Of a stretch of DNA of 50,578 nucleotides, positions 26,704-36,916 are shown piece by piece. The number at the start of each line of letters is the position of its first letter. The first letter of the stretch is position 1. The DNA comes from Actinomycetota bacterium. GTDB lineage: Bacteria; Actinomycetota; Acidimicrobiia; IMCC26256; VFJJ01. Below the pieces are notes generated by a model that saw only the letters and a list, made by a program, of their open reading frames with translations, searched no databases and was not told the origin of the DNA. Location of the stretch: assembly GCA_009886115.1 (NCBI GenBank), contig VFJJ01000081.1, positions 1 through 50,578 of the forward strand. Reading direction: 5' to 3'. The position numbers and the translations under genes were made by a program.

Positions 26704-28092
26704 ATGGCGAAGTACGACGTGGTGGTGATCGGAGCAGGCGCAGCCGGGCTTTCGGCCGGCGCCCTGCTCGCCAAGGAAGGCAAGACGGTCCTCGTCGTCG
26801 AGCGGTCGCCCCATCTGGGGGGACGGGCTCTCGCCGTCGACGACGAGGGCTTCAAGGTCAACCTGGGCGGCCATCTGATCGAAGACTCCGGCTCGGGCAT
26901 CACGAAGGTCTTCGAGCACGTCGGCAAGGAGCTCGTGCACGGCGTCACCTCGCGTGAGATGCCGGTGTGGGACAACAACACGCGCACCTGGGGCTCGATC
27001 CGCGACCGCAACCCCGACAAGGCCGAGTTGAAGAAGGTCATCAACGCGCTGACCAACTCCACCTGGGACGAGCTCGAGGAGTGGGACGACCGGCCGATGC
27101 GCGAGTGGATGGCCCAGCACACCACCAGCCAGGGCGTGTACGACCTCTTCGAGTACCTGGCCGTCCTCGAATGCCTCACCGACGAGTGGTGGGATCACTC
27201 GGCCAGCGACAACCTCTGGGTGCGAAAGATGCACTACGAGGAGAAGCGCATGGCCGCGTACTCGTGCTGGCCCGGGCAGGGTTGGGACGGGATGTGGCGA
27301 GACCTGGTCGACGCCATCGTCGAGCACGGCGGCGAGGTGCGCACGAGCTGTGAGGTCGACCGCGTCGTGATCGAGAACCACAGGGTCATCGGGGTGGCGC
27401 TCGGACGCGATGGGCGTGTCGTTCCCAACGACTGGGAGGCCGGCGAGGTCGTCGAGACCGATTGCGTGATCTCGACGCTGCCCGTGTGGAACGTGCTCCG
27501 GGTCGTTCCCGAGTGGGAGCTGCCCGACTGGTACGCCAACCAGATCAAGTACCTGGCCCAGGACCAGTATCGGGTGTCCTGGCTCAACGTCTACATGGCC
27601 ACTGAGGAACCCGTGACCATGTTCGACCCCAAGGAGCTCTCGACCTGGTTGGCCACGCCGCACAGCCCGACGCCGGGATACATGTACGACCAAGCGGCCA
27701 TGGACCCGTCCTCGACGCCGGCCGGTATCCACCTGTACTGCATGGGCGGGGTGATTCCCGGGGCCAAGGGCCGCGACCGGCGATATCTCGCAGACATGTT
27801 CGACCGCTTCGAGGCGGGCATGTTCGAGATGTACCCGGGCTTGCGTCAGCACGTGTGGCGCCGGCGTGGTCTCGTGTTCGATCCCCCCTTCGGGGTGGTG
27901 CAAAAGCCCATGCTGGTCGGGAAGTTCCGACCGCACTGGCGCGCGCCGAACGTCGACGGGCTCTATTTCGCCAGCGAGACCTTCCGGAGCCGGGGTGTGG
28001 GCACCGACCGGGCCGCCCGGGCCGCCGTCACCTGTGTCGAAGACATCATCGGCCATCGGATACCCACCTTCGGCGACGGCTGGCGGTACTGA
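26704..28092 (+). CDS. FAD-dependent oxidoreductase (phytoene desaturase-like)
   Basis: YDVVVIGAGAAGL, VERSPHLGGRA, NVDGLYFA. Confidence 0.88.
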   Translation: MAKYDVVVIGAGAAGLSAGALLAKEGKTVLVVERSPHLGGRALAVDDEGFKVNLGGHLIEDSGSGITKVFEHVGKELVHGVTSREMPVWDNNTRTWGSIRDRNPDKAELKKVINALTNSTWDELEEWDDRPMREWMAQHTTSQGVYDLFEYLAVLECLTDEWWDHSASDNLWVRKMHYEEKRMAAYSCWPGQGWDGMWRDLVDAIVEHGGEVRTSCEVDRVVIENHRVIGVALGRDGRVVPNDWEAGEVVETDCVISTLPVWNVLRVVPEWELPDWYANQIKYLAQDQYRVSWLNVYMATEEPVTMFDPKELSTWLATPHSPTPGYMYDQAAMDPSSTPAGIHLYCMGGVIPGAKGRDRRYLADMFDRFEAGMFEMYPGLRQHVWRRRGLVFDPPFGVVQKPMLVGKFRPHWRAPNVDGLYFASETFRSRGVGTDRAARAAVTCVEDIIGHRIPTFGDGWRY

Positions 28093-28163
28093 CAGCTTCG
28101 ACCCAGCCGTTCACTGCCAGTCGACAGACCCGTACGAACGTCCCGCTTCACTGGAGGCCCCAC

Positions 28164-29324
28164 ATGGATTTCGCCCTGACCGACGAGCAGGAGATGTTCC
28201 GCGAGATGGTGCGGAACTGGGTCGAGAAGGAGTGCCCCAAGAATGTCGCTCGCGACATCGAGGCCCAGGAGTTCCAGTACCCGCAAGAGCTGTGGGACAA
28301 GATGTCGAAGGCCGGTTTCCACGCGATCGGGCTCCCGGAGGAGTACGGGGGCTCCGGCGGCGACGTCATCACGCAGATGATCCTCACCCGCGAGCTCGCT
28401 CGGTCGCTCGCCGGGCTCACGTGGATCTACGGCATCGCATCCTTCTGTGCCAAGTCGATTGCCAAGTTCGCGAATGAGGAGACGAAGGCCCGGCTGATAC
28501 CGCTCCTGGCCGACGGCGACATTCGCATCGCGATCTCGGTCACCGAGCCGTCGGGGGGCACCGACCTGATGGGCTCGATGAAGACCAGGGCCCGCAAGGT
28601 CGATGGCGGTTGGAGGATCACGGGTCAGAAGATCTGGTCGACCGCCGCGCACGTGAGCGACTACCTGTTCCTCATGGCCCGAACCGAGGACATCGTCGAC
28701 AAGCCGGCGCGTGGAGTCACCCTGTTCCTCGTGCCGAACCCGGCCGAGGGTCTTGAATGCCGCCAGATCCCCAAGCTGGGGATGAAGGCCGTCGGCTCGT
28801 GCGAGGTGTTTCTCGACGACGTCTTCGTGCCCGACGACCTGGTCGTCGGCGATCCGGGGGCGGGCTTTTACCAGATGCTCTCCACGTTCAACAATGAGCG
28901 CATCATGGTGGCGGCCCTGTGCACCGGGATCATCGATGGCGTGCTCGAGGACGCAATGGCGTACCTCAACGAGCGCGAGGCGTTTGGCAAGAAGATCGGA
29001 CGCTTTCAGGCGTTGCAGCATTTCGTGGCCGACATCGCGATGTGGGGCAAGCAGGCGGAGCTCCTCACGTACTACGCAGCCTGGAAGTCGATGACAAGCG
29101 ACGACTGCGGCATCGAGGCGAACATGGCCAAGGTCCAGGCCTCTGAGTACGCCGGCCGGGCCGCCGACCTCGGCATCCAGATCCTGGGCGGCATGGGGTA
29201 CTCCAACGAGACCAACATGCAGCGCTACTGGCGAGACGCCCGCCTCTACCGGATCGGGCCCGTCACCAACGAGATGGCCCGGAACTCGATCGCCGAGATG
29301 CTCGGCCTCCCCCGTTCGTTCTGA
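28164..29324 (+). CDS. Acyl-CoA dehydrogenase
   Basis: MDFALTDEQ, TEPSGGTD, GQKIWST, REAFGKKIGRFQ, QILGGMGY. Confidence 0.95.
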   Translation: MDFALTDEQEMFREMVRNWVEKECPKNVARDIEAQEFQYPQELWDKMSKAGFHAIGLPEEYGGSGGDVITQMILTRELARSLAGLTWIYGIASFCAKSIAKFANEETKARLIPLLADGDIRIAISVTEPSGGTDLMGSMKTRARKVDGGWRITGQKIWSTAAHVSDYLFLMARTEDIVDKPARGVTLFLVPNPAEGLECRQIPKLGMKAVGSCEVFLDDVFVPDDLVVGDPGAGFYQMLSTFNNERIMVAALCTGIIDGVLEDAMAYLNEREAFGKKIGRFQALQHFVADIAMWGKQAELLTYYAAWKSMTSDDCGIEANMAKVQASEYAGRAADLGIQILGGMGYSNETNMQRYWRDARLYRIGPVTNEMARNSIAEMLGLPRSF

Positions 29325-29333
29325 GCGGCGGGC

Positions 29334-30143
29334 TTGTCGAACGTGGGGGTCTTCGACAGTCGCGTGGTGCTCGTCACCGGGGCCGGCCGAGGCATCGGCC
29401 GGGCCATCGCCGGCAGGTTCGCGCGCGATGGCGCCGCGGTCGTCGTCAACGACCTCGACGCGGCCTCGGCCTCCGAGGCCGTGGCCGAGATATCGGCTGA
29501 AGGCGGACGAGCTGTGGGCATTGCCGGGTCGGTCGCACATCCTGATGATGCCGCGGCGATCGTGCAGGCGTGTGCCGATGCCTTCGGGAGCCTCGACGTG
29601 CTGGTGAACAACGCCGGCGTCACTCGCGATTCGATGCTGCACAAGATGTCCGACGACACCTGGGACCTCGTGCTCGACGTCGTGCTCCGAGGTACGTTCA
29701 ACATGTGCCGTGCCGCCGCTCCGCTGCTACGCGGCACACGCGACGAGCCGAACACCTATCACCGCAAGGTGATCAATGTGGCGTCGATCAACGGCATCTA
29801 CGGCACGGTGGCCAATGCGAACTACTCGGCAGCCAAGGCCGGGGTCATCGGTCTCACCAAGACCCTGGCCCGCGAGTGGGCACCCAACAAGGTGAACGTG
29901 AACGCGGTGGCACCAGGTTTCATCGGTGGAACCGCGATGACCTCGGTGCGCGAGCCCGGCGGCACCACCGGGATACCGGCCGCGACGCTGGCCCGGATCG
30001 AGAGCTCGATACCGATCGGCCGAGGTGGGACGCCCGACGACGTGGCCGGCTGCTGCGCGTGGTTGGCTTCGACCGACTCCGACTATTGCACCGGTCAGGT
30101 GATCGAGCTGCACGGCGGACGTGAGATCGTGGAGGTCGTGTGA
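29334..30143 (+). CDS. SDR family oxidoreductase (FabG-like)
   Basis: TGAGRGIG, NNAGVTRD, NYSAAKAG. Start may be GTG 29343. Confidence 0.93.
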   Translation: MSNVGVFDSRVVLVTGAGRGIGRAIAGRFARDGAAVVVNDLDAASASEAVAEISAEGGRAVGIAGSVAHPDDAAAIVQACADAFGSLDVLVNNAGVTRDSMLHKMSDDTWDLVLDVVLRGTFNMCRAAAPLLRGTRDEPNTYHRKVINVASINGIYGTVANANYSAAKAGVIGLTKTLAREWAPNKVNVNAVAPGFIGGTAMTSVREPGGTTGIPAATLARIESSIPIGRGGTPDDVAGCCAWLASTDSDYCTGQVIELHGGREIVEVV

Positions 30144-30183
30144 GCCCTTGCCCGAGCCCCAACCGGCAGCCTCGGAGCGCGAC

Positions 30184-31077
30184 ATGGCCCAGGTGAAGCT
30201 GACGTCGGTCGCTGAGGCCATGACGCTCGTGGGCGACGGCGACGTCGTGGCCATCCAGAACATGGCCACCCAGGCCGCTCCCATGGGGCTCGTGCGTGAG
30301 CTCATCCGCCAGGGACGACGCGATCTCGGCGCCGTGTGCCTCGTTGGTGGGATACCGATCGACTGGCTGGCCGCGGCCGGGTGCCTGAACCGGCTCATCG
30401 GCGCCGCAGTCTCCATGGAGCAGTTCGGGCTCTGCCAGCGTTACCGCAAGGCCGTGGAGGCACAGCAGATCCGGGTCGAGGAGCTCTCGGAGACCGCGCT
30501 CAACGCCCGTCTGGGCGCAGGGGCCCGCAACCTGCCGTTCCTCCCCACCCGGGGTCTCATCGGGACCGACCTCATTGCCATCAACGACAACCTCGTGATG
30601 CTCGACGACCCGTTCGGCGGCCTGCCCGTCGTCGCGTGCCGGGCCCTCGTGCCCGATGTGGCTCTCATCCACTGTCACCGGGCCGATCGCTACGGCAACG
30701 TGCAGTACGAGCCCACGGCGCTCTGGCCCGATCTGGGAATCATGCCCAAGGCCGCGACCCGGGTGATCGTGAGCGCCGAGGAGATCGTCCACACCGACGT
30801 GCTGCGACGCAACCCTGATCGGACGGTGCTTCCGGGCTTCATGGTCGATGCCGTCGTCGAGATCCCCTGGGGAGCGCACCCCACCTCGTTCAACCCCAAC
30901 TACGGCTACGACACGGGTATGCACCTGGCGTGGACCAAGGCCGCCCGCGACGACGACGCCACCGCGGTGTTTCTCGAGCGGTACGTGACCGGCCCGGCGA
31001 ATCAGGTCGAGTACCTCGATCGGGTCGGAGGGGCGTCGCGCATGGCGGCCTTGGCGCGTTGGGAGATCACCGCATGA
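30184..31077 (+). CDS. CoA-transferase-like subunit A (GctA/IpdA-like)
   Basis: PMGLVRELIRQG, LPFLPTRGLIGTD, PDVALIHCHRADRYGN, PWGAHPT. Confidence 0.9.
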   Translation: MAQVKLTSVAEAMTLVGDGDVVAIQNMATQAAPMGLVRELIRQGRRDLGAVCLVGGIPIDWLAAAGCLNRLIGAAVSMEQFGLCQRYRKAVEAQQIRVEELSETALNARLGAGARNLPFLPTRGLIGTDLIAINDNLVMLDDPFGGLPVVACRALVPDVALIHCHRADRYGNVQYEPTALWPDLGIMPKAATRVIVSAEEIVHTDVLRRNPDRTVLPGFMVDAVVEIPWGAHPTSFNPNYGYDTGMHLAWTKAARDDDATAVFLERYVTGPANQVEYLDRVGGASRMAALARWEITA

Positions 31078-31934
31078 GCGTCAGCCCGACCGCAGCGGCT
31101 GCCCCGTCGGCCGGCGCCGCCGACTGGCGGTCGTCACCCCCGGCCAACGACTACACCGTCGACGAGTTGATGATCGTCGCCTTGTCGGAGTGCTTCGTCG
31201 ATGGTGACCAGGCCTGCAACGGGATGGCGTCGTTCATTCCCGTCACGGCCTTCCAGCTCGCACTGCGCACCCATGCCCCCGATCTGGTGTGGCTGGCTGG
31301 GGCCGTGGGCCTCGACCCCCAGCCCGACCGGGTACCGGCGTCCACGCTCGAGGCCCCGCTGTGGCGCAACTCGGTGATGTACGTCGAGCAGTACGGCGAT
31401 TTCTGGAACTTCGCGCTCAACGGACGTTGGCTCCAGAAGTTCTGCGTGGGGGCCGCCCAACTCGACAAGTTCGGCAACGGCAACAACTCGGTGATCGGCG
31501 CCGAGTATCACAAGCCCCGGGTGCGCCTGCCGGGGACGGCCGGGCTCGGCGACATGGGCTCGATCGGCAAGCAGCTGTATTACTGGAACCCCAACCACAA
31601 CCCGCGTGCGATCGTCGACCGGGTCGATTTCGTCTCGTGTGCCGGTTGGCTGGGCGGCGGCGACGAGCGGCGTGCGCTCGGGCTCGCCGGCGGACCGGAG
31701 CTGGTCATCACGAACCTCTGCGTCATGGATTTCGAACCCACGAGCCGCCACATGCGGTTGAAGTCGCTGCACCCAGGTATCTCGATCGAGCAGGTCCAAG
31801 CGGCAACGGGTTTCGAGGTGCTTGTCCCGGATGGTGCCATCGGGCTCACCCGGGTGCCGACCGAGCACGAGGTACACCTCATCCGTCACGTGATCGACCC
31901 TGACGGCATGCGACTGCGAGAGTTCGGCAAGTAG
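31074..31934 (+). CDS. CoA-transferase-like subunit B (GctB/IpdB-like)
   Basis: RTHAPDL, AQLDKFGNGN, RLPGTAG, VITNLCVMDF, SLHPG. Confidence 0.9.
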   Translation: MSVSPTAAAAPSAGAADWRSSPPANDYTVDELMIVALSECFVDGDQACNGMASFIPVTAFQLALRTHAPDLVWLAGAVGLDPQPDRVPASTLEAPLWRNSVMYVEQYGDFWNFALNGRWLQKFCVGAAQLDKFGNGNNSVIGAEYHKPRVRLPGTAGLGDMGSIGKQLYYWNPNHNPRAIVDRVDFVSCAGWLGGGDERRALGLAGGPELVITNLCVMDFEPTSRHMRLKSLHPGISIEQVQAATGFEVLVPDGAIGLTRVPTEHEVHLIRHVIDPDGMRLREFGK

Positions 31935-31982
31935 AGCGAGAACCTCATCGGGACGTGCCGGGCTCCGAAGGAAGGTCGACGA

Positions 31983-33086
31983 ATGGATATCGAGATCGGG
32001 GTTCCCGGGCAGATCATGCCGCCGGCCGATCGCGCCGTGAGCATGGCCCGGCGCAACGAAGCCGACGGCTTCGACGCCGTGTGGTGGCCATGCCATCTCA
32101 TGGGCTGGCACTCCGACTCGGTGTGGACCGAGGACCTCACACCGCTCGCAGCCGTTCAGCCCAATCCACACGTCTACTTCGACCCGCTCATCATGATGGG
32201 CGCGGTCGGCGCGGCGACCGAGCGCATCAAGCTGGGTGTGGTGGTCACCGACCTCATCCGCCGGCATCCGGCGATGGCGGCCAACATGATGCTGACGGTC
32301 GATCATCTGTCGCGGGGACGGGCGATCTTCGGTCTGGGCTCGGGCGAGGCCATGAACCTCACTCCCTACGGCCTCCCGTTCGACAAGCCCGTGGCCCGAC
32401 TGGCCGAAGGCATCGAGATCATCCGAAAGCTGTGGGCGGCTGACGGCCCCATCGACTTCGACGGTCAGTTCCACACGCTGCACCGGGCCGTTCTGGGACT
32501 GTCGCCCTACAACGGGGTGGCGCCTCCCATCTGGACAGCGGCGCACGGGCCGAGGATGCTCGAGCTCACCGGCCGCCTGGCCGACGGCTGGCTGCCCACC
32601 AAGCTCGACGTCGACGTGTACCGGTCGTCGCTCGAACGCATCCGGTCGTCAGCTCGTGATGCCGGGCGCGACGCCGATGCCATCACGCCGGGAATCCTGG
32701 CGTACGTGCTCCTGGCGCCGGATCAGGCGACCCTGGAGCGCATGCAGCAGCAACCGCTGCTCAGGGCGCTCATGGTGATGCTGCCGCCCGAGATCTACCG
32801 GAAGCTCGGTGTCGAGCCCCCCGTCGCCGGCTTTCATGGAATCATCCCCGCTGCGGTCGAGCGCGACGAGGCGCTCCGCATCATCGATGGGATCCCGCCC
32901 AAGGTGGTCGATTACTACACCTTTTGTGGAACTCCCGAGCAGATCGCCGAGGAGGTCGCCGAGTACCACAAGGCTGGGCTCCGACATCTGATCATGTGGA
33001 ACATCACGGCGTTCGGTGATCCCGCGCTGGCTGGCTGGTCGTTCAAGGCGATGAACCAGATCAAGGATCTCCTGCGGGCGATGTGA
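31983..33086 (+). CDS. LLM class F420-dependent oxidoreductase
   Basis: GVVVTDLIRRHP, GLGSGEAMN, IWTAAHGPRMLELTGRLADGWLP. Confidence 0.9.
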   Translation: MDIEIGVPGQIMPPADRAVSMARRNEADGFDAVWWPCHLMGWHSDSVWTEDLTPLAAVQPNPHVYFDPLIMMGAVGAATERIKLGVVVTDLIRRHPAMAANMMLTVDHLSRGRAIFGLGSGEAMNLTPYGLPFDKPVARLAEGIEIIRKLWAADGPIDFDGQFHTLHRAVLGLSPYNGVAPPIWTAAHGPRMLELTGRLADGWLPTKLDVDVYRSSLERIRSSARDAGRDADAITPGILAYVLLAPDQATLERMQQQPLLRALMVMLPPEIYRKLGVEPPVAGFHGIIPAAVERDEALRIIDGIPPKVVDYYTFCGTPEQIAEEVAEYHKAGLRHLIMWNITAFGDPALAGWSFKAMNQIKDLLRAM

Positions 33087-33114
33087 CGACGAGAGTCGAG
33101 ACGAGGAGCGACAC

Positions 33115-33510
33115 GTGACCAGCCCCGCCCGAACCGTGATCGAGAGCTACTTCCGGGCGCTCGAGACCGAGGATGAAGCCCTCCTGGCGACGGTGTTCCA
33201 TCCCGAGCTCGAGCTGGTGCCCGTGGGGTCGAGACCCCGCACGGGCTGCGACAGCGCTATCGCCTTCTTGCGCAAGGTGTTCGAGCGATTCCCCGATCAT
33301 CACGACACGCCGACACGAATCATCGAGGCCGGAGACGTCGTCGTGGTCGAGATCGCCTTTCGGGGTACCACGGCCGAGGGTCGATCGGTGACCTTCGATG
33401 CCCTCGACGTGTTCGACCTCCTCGACGGGCGCATCGTGAAGCTGGTGCAATGGTTCGACACGGCCGGTCTGGCCGCGCAGCTGGCGCGCCCCGTTGGAGG
33501 GTCATCATGA
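33115..33510 (+). CDS. NTF2/SnoaL-like protein
   Basis: VIESYFRALETED ... DVFDLLDGRIVKL..WFDT; GAGGAG RBS. Confidence 0.88.
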   Translation: MTSPARTVIESYFRALETEDEALLATVFHPELELVPVGSRPRTGCDSAIAFLRKVFERFPDHHDTPTRIIEAGDVVVVEIAFRGTTAEGRSVTFDALDVFDLLDGRIVKLVQWFDTAGLAAQLARPVGGSS

Positions 33511-35159
33511 GCGAGGGTCCCGAGGACTGGGTCGAGGTCACGACGTTCGGCGACCTCCTCGTACGGGGTGCAGCGTTGTACGGCGACGCCGATGCCCTGG
33601 TGTTCCCCGACCAGCGGCACACCTACCGGAGCCTGGTTGCAGCAGCCACCCGTGCCGGCCGGTCGCTCCTCGGCATTGGTGTGGGGCCCGGCGACGCCGT
33701 CGGGATCTTGATGCCGAACTGCGTCGACTTCGTGGAGGTCATGTTCGGCGCCACGATGATCGGCGCCGTCGTCGTTCCCATCAACGCCCGCTTCAAGGGG
33801 CGGGAGCTGGCACACGTCGCCGAGAACGCCGATCTCAAGGTGTTGGTGACGAGCGACATCGTCGACCAGCACACCGACTATGTGGAGATTCTCCACGGCT
33901 GCCTGCCCGGGCTGGCGTCGGCCACGGGGCCCGCCGTGACCGATCTGACGCTTGCCGTGGCGCCGTCGTTGCGGTGCGTCGTGCTCCTGGGCGACACCTC
34001 GCCCGCGGGCATGCTCGACCGGGCCGGCTTCGAGGCCCGAGCTGAGCTCGTCGACCCGGCCGATGTGCACCTCCGGCGCTCCCGGGTGGCGCTGCGCCAG
34101 ATCGCGATGATGCTCTACACCTCGGGCACCACAGCCATGCCCAAGGGTTGCCCGCTCACCCACGAAGCGCTGGTCCGCACGTCGGTCACGGCCTGCAGCT
34201 CGCGCTTCGAGCTCGTGTCGTCCGACCGCTTCTGGGATCCGTTGCCCTTGTTCCACATGAGTTCGATCCTGCCGATGATCGGCTGCTTCCACGCTGGTTC
34301 GGCCTACGTGACCCTCACCCATTTCGACCCCGCGGTGGCGATCGCCCAGCTGCGCGACGAGCGGTGCACGGTGTGCTTTTCGACCTTCCCGACGATCACC
34401 CAGGCGCTGCTCAACAACGCCGACTGGGACTCCGCCGAGTTCGCACGTATCCGTCTCATGAACAACGTCGCCCCGCCCGATGCGCTGCGGGCCATACACG
34501 CCAGGCTCCCGACCGCTCAGCACACCTCGGCCTACGGGCTCACCGAGTGCGGCGGGGTCGTGGCGTTCTCGAACCCCGACGACCCACCCGACAAGCGGGC
34601 CACGGCGTGCGGCACACCGTTCCGGGGCATCGAGGTGGAGATCCGCGACCTGGAGACGGCCAAGGTCGTGGGCCCCGACGCTCGCGGCGAGATCTGGGTG
34701 CGGGGCTACAACCTGTTCGAGGGCTACCACAACGATCTTGACAAGAACGCCGAGTCGTTCGATGCCGATGGCTGGTTCAACACCGGCGACATCGGGTCGC
34801 TCGACGCCGACGGTCGCGTCTCGTACCTCGGACGGTCGAAAGACATGCTCAAGGTCGGTGGGGAGAACGTGGCCGCGGTCGAGATCGAGTCGTGGTTGCA
34901 GACTCATCCCGCCGTGGCGATCGCGCAGGTCGTCGCCATCCCCGACGAGAAGTACGTCGAGGTTGCTGCCGCGTTCATCGAGTGCAAGCCCGGATCGACC
35001 GTCACCGAAGCGGAGCTCGTGGCGTACTGCCAGGGCGAGATGGCCAGCTTCAAGATCCCCCGCCACGTCCGTGTGGTCACGGAGTGGCCCATGTCGGCGA
35101 CCAAGATCCAGAAGTTCCGACTCCGTGACGCGCTGGTCCAGGAGCTCGGCCTCAGCTGA
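33507..35159 (+). CDS. AMP-dependent acyl-CoA ligase
   Basis: YTSGTTAMPKG, YGLTE, GWFNTGD, KVGGENV, KIQK. Confidence 0.95.
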   Translation: MSEGPEDWVEVTTFGDLLVRGAALYGDADALVFPDQRHTYRSLVAAATRAGRSLLGIGVGPGDAVGILMPNCVDFVEVMFGATMIGAVVVPINARFKGRELAHVAENADLKVLVTSDIVDQHTDYVEILHGCLPGLASATGPAVTDLTLAVAPSLRCVVLLGDTSPAGMLDRAGFEARAELVDPADVHLRRSRVALRQIAMMLYTSGTTAMPKGCPLTHEALVRTSVTACSSRFELVSSDRFWDPLPLFHMSSILPMIGCFHAGSAYVTLTHFDPAVAIAQLRDERCTVCFSTFPTITQALLNNADWDSAEFARIRLMNNVAPPDALRAIHARLPTAQHTSAYGLTECGGVVAFSNPDDPPDKRATACGTPFRGIEVEIRDLETAKVVGPDARGEIWVRGYNLFEGYHNDLDKNAESFDADGWFNTGDIGSLDADGRVSYLGRSKDMLKVGGENVAAVEIESWLQTHPAVAIAQVVAIPDEKYVEVAAAFIECKPGSTVTEAELVAYCQGEMASFKIPRHVRVVTEWPMSATKIQKFRLRDALVQELGLS

Positions 35160-35189
35160 CCCGGAGACACGCTGACCAGGAGTCGTCGT

Positions 35190-35203
35190 CGACCGACCGT
35201 TTG
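35190..35203. promoter_or_regulatory. Putative TetR operator
   Basis: CGACCGACCGTTTG (reverse complement CAAACGGTCGGTCG) just upstream of ATG 35219. Confidence 0.7.
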
Positions 35204-35218
35204 GTAGAGGATCTGCGC

Positions 35219-36100
35219 ATGGACAAGGTCACAACGATCGAAGAGGCGGCGGCGCTCGTCCCCGACGGGGCGACCGTCGCCATCGGGGGCCTGTCGATGA
35301 ACAGCGCTCCCATGGCCATGGTGCGCGAGCTCGTCCGCCAGGCAAAGCGCGACCTCACGGTGGTGGGCATCGTGGCCGGGATGCCTGTCGACTGGCTCAT
35401 CGCCGGAGGCTGCGTGAAGACCGTGGTGTCGGGGCTCGTCAGTTTCGAGGGCCTCGGTCTGGCGCCGAACTTTCGAGCGATGGTGCAGGCCGGGACGGTG
35501 GGGATCGAGGAGTACAGCGAGCACCTCCTCATCTGTCGCCTCCAGGCCCAGGCGTACAACCTGCCGTTCATGCCCACCAAGGCGGGCCTGGGCACCGACG
35601 TGTTGGCTTTGCATCCCGACACGCTCCGCCAGGAGGTCGACCCGACGACGGGTGAGCACTACGTGGCCTGTACCCGCCTGCCCGTCGACGTGGCGCTCGT
35701 GCACGCCCATGCGGCCGACGCGCGGGGCAACGTGCGGGTCGAGCCAAAGTTGCTGTGGATGGACAGCGAGATCGTGAACGCGGCCGCCGTCACCATCGCC
35801 ACCGTCGAGCGTGTCGTTCCCGGTCGCGAGTTCACCGATGCTCCCGAACGCACCACCTATCCCCGGTTCATGATTCATGCCGTCGTCGAGGCGCCCTACG
35901 GCGCGTTTCCCACCTCGCTGTTCCCGAACTACGGGCATCGCAGCGCGTTCTTCGACGACTACAGCACAGCAGCGCGCGATCCCCAGACGTTCAAGGCGTT
36001 CTTCGCCGAACGGGTCACGGGACCACCGACCTGGCGCGACTTCCTCGACGCCAACGGCGGCGCCGGTGCGCTCCTCGACATCGCCAGGAGGACGGCATGA
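35219..36100 (+). CDS. CoA-transferase-like subunit A (second copy)
   Basis: VPDGATVAIGG, PMAMVRELVRQ, LPFMPTKAGLGTD, HAHAADARGN. Confidence 0.9.
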   Translation: MDKVTTIEEAAALVPDGATVAIGGLSMNSAPMAMVRELVRQAKRDLTVVGIVAGMPVDWLIAGGCVKTVVSGLVSFEGLGLAPNFRAMVQAGTVGIEEYSEHLLICRLQAQAYNLPFMPTKAGLGTDVLALHPDTLRQEVDPTTGEHYVACTRLPVDVALVHAHAADARGNVRVEPKLLWMDSEIVNAAAVTIATVERVVPGREFTDAPERTTYPRFMIHAVVEAPYGAFPTSLFPNYGHRSAFFDDYSTAARDPQTFKAFFAERVTGPPTWRDFLDANGGAGALLDIARRTA

Positions 36101-36894
36101 CCGCGCCGGTCCCCGGTTACGACTGCACCGTCGACGAGCTCATGGTCGTCACCTTCTCACGGGCGATGAGCAATGACACCTTGGCGTTCAACGGTGCGGT
36201 GTCGTTCATCCCGGTCTGCGGTTACCTGCTCGCCCGGCGCACGCACGCCCCCGAGCTGGTCTGGGCGGCCAGCTCCATCGCCATCGACGCCGACCCGGCG
36301 ACCATTCCCGAGTCGACGCTCTCCGACGGCCTCTGGGGCGGCGCGTCGATGCTCTCCAACTCCCCCTTCGACTTCTGGACCTACGCTCAGGGAGCCCGAT
36401 ACAACACCTTTGCATTCCGGGGCGCCCAGATGGACGCCTTCGGCAACGTCAACAACACCGTCATCGGTCCGTACGACGCGCCCAAGGTTCGTCTCCCGGG
36501 CGGCGGAGGGATGGCCGATCTGGGAGCGATGATCCCTCGGATCTTCCTGTGGAGCAGCACCCACAACGCCCGCACGTTCGTGGAACGACTCGACTTCCGG
36601 TCGGGGATGGGCTGGGGCGACGGCGGTGATCATCGGCGGCGGCTGGGCATGCCCGGCGGCCCGCAGCTGTGCATCACGAACCTGTGCGTCTTCGACTTCG
36701 AGCCGGTCACGAAGCGGATGCGCCTGGCTTCGCTGCATCCCGGCGTCTCGGTCGAGGACGTGAGAGCCAACACCGGCTTCGAGATCGTCATGCCCGCCGG
36801 CGAGATCCCGGTGACGGCCGCACCTACGGCCGACGAGCTCCGCATCCTGCGAACCGAGGTCGACCCCACCAACGCCCGTCACCGCGAGTTCTGA
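36097..36894 (+). CDS. CoA-transferase-like subunit B (second copy)
   Basis: RTHAPEL, GAQMDAFGNVNNT, RLPGGGG, SLHPGVS. Confidence 0.9.
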   Translation: MTAPVPGYDCTVDELMVVTFSRAMSNDTLAFNGAVSFIPVCGYLLARRTHAPELVWAASSIAIDADPATIPESTLSDGLWGGASMLSNSPFDFWTYAQGARYNTFAFRGAQMDAFGNVNNTVIGPYDAPKVRLPGGGGMADLGAMIPRIFLWSSTHNARTFVERLDFRSGMGWGDGGDHRRRLGMPGGPQLCITNLCVFDFEPVTKRMRLASLHPGVSVEDVRANTGFEIVMPAGEIPVTAAPTADELRILRTEVDPTNARHREF

Positions 36895-36916
36895 GCGCGC
36901 GCACGGTGATCGAGCG

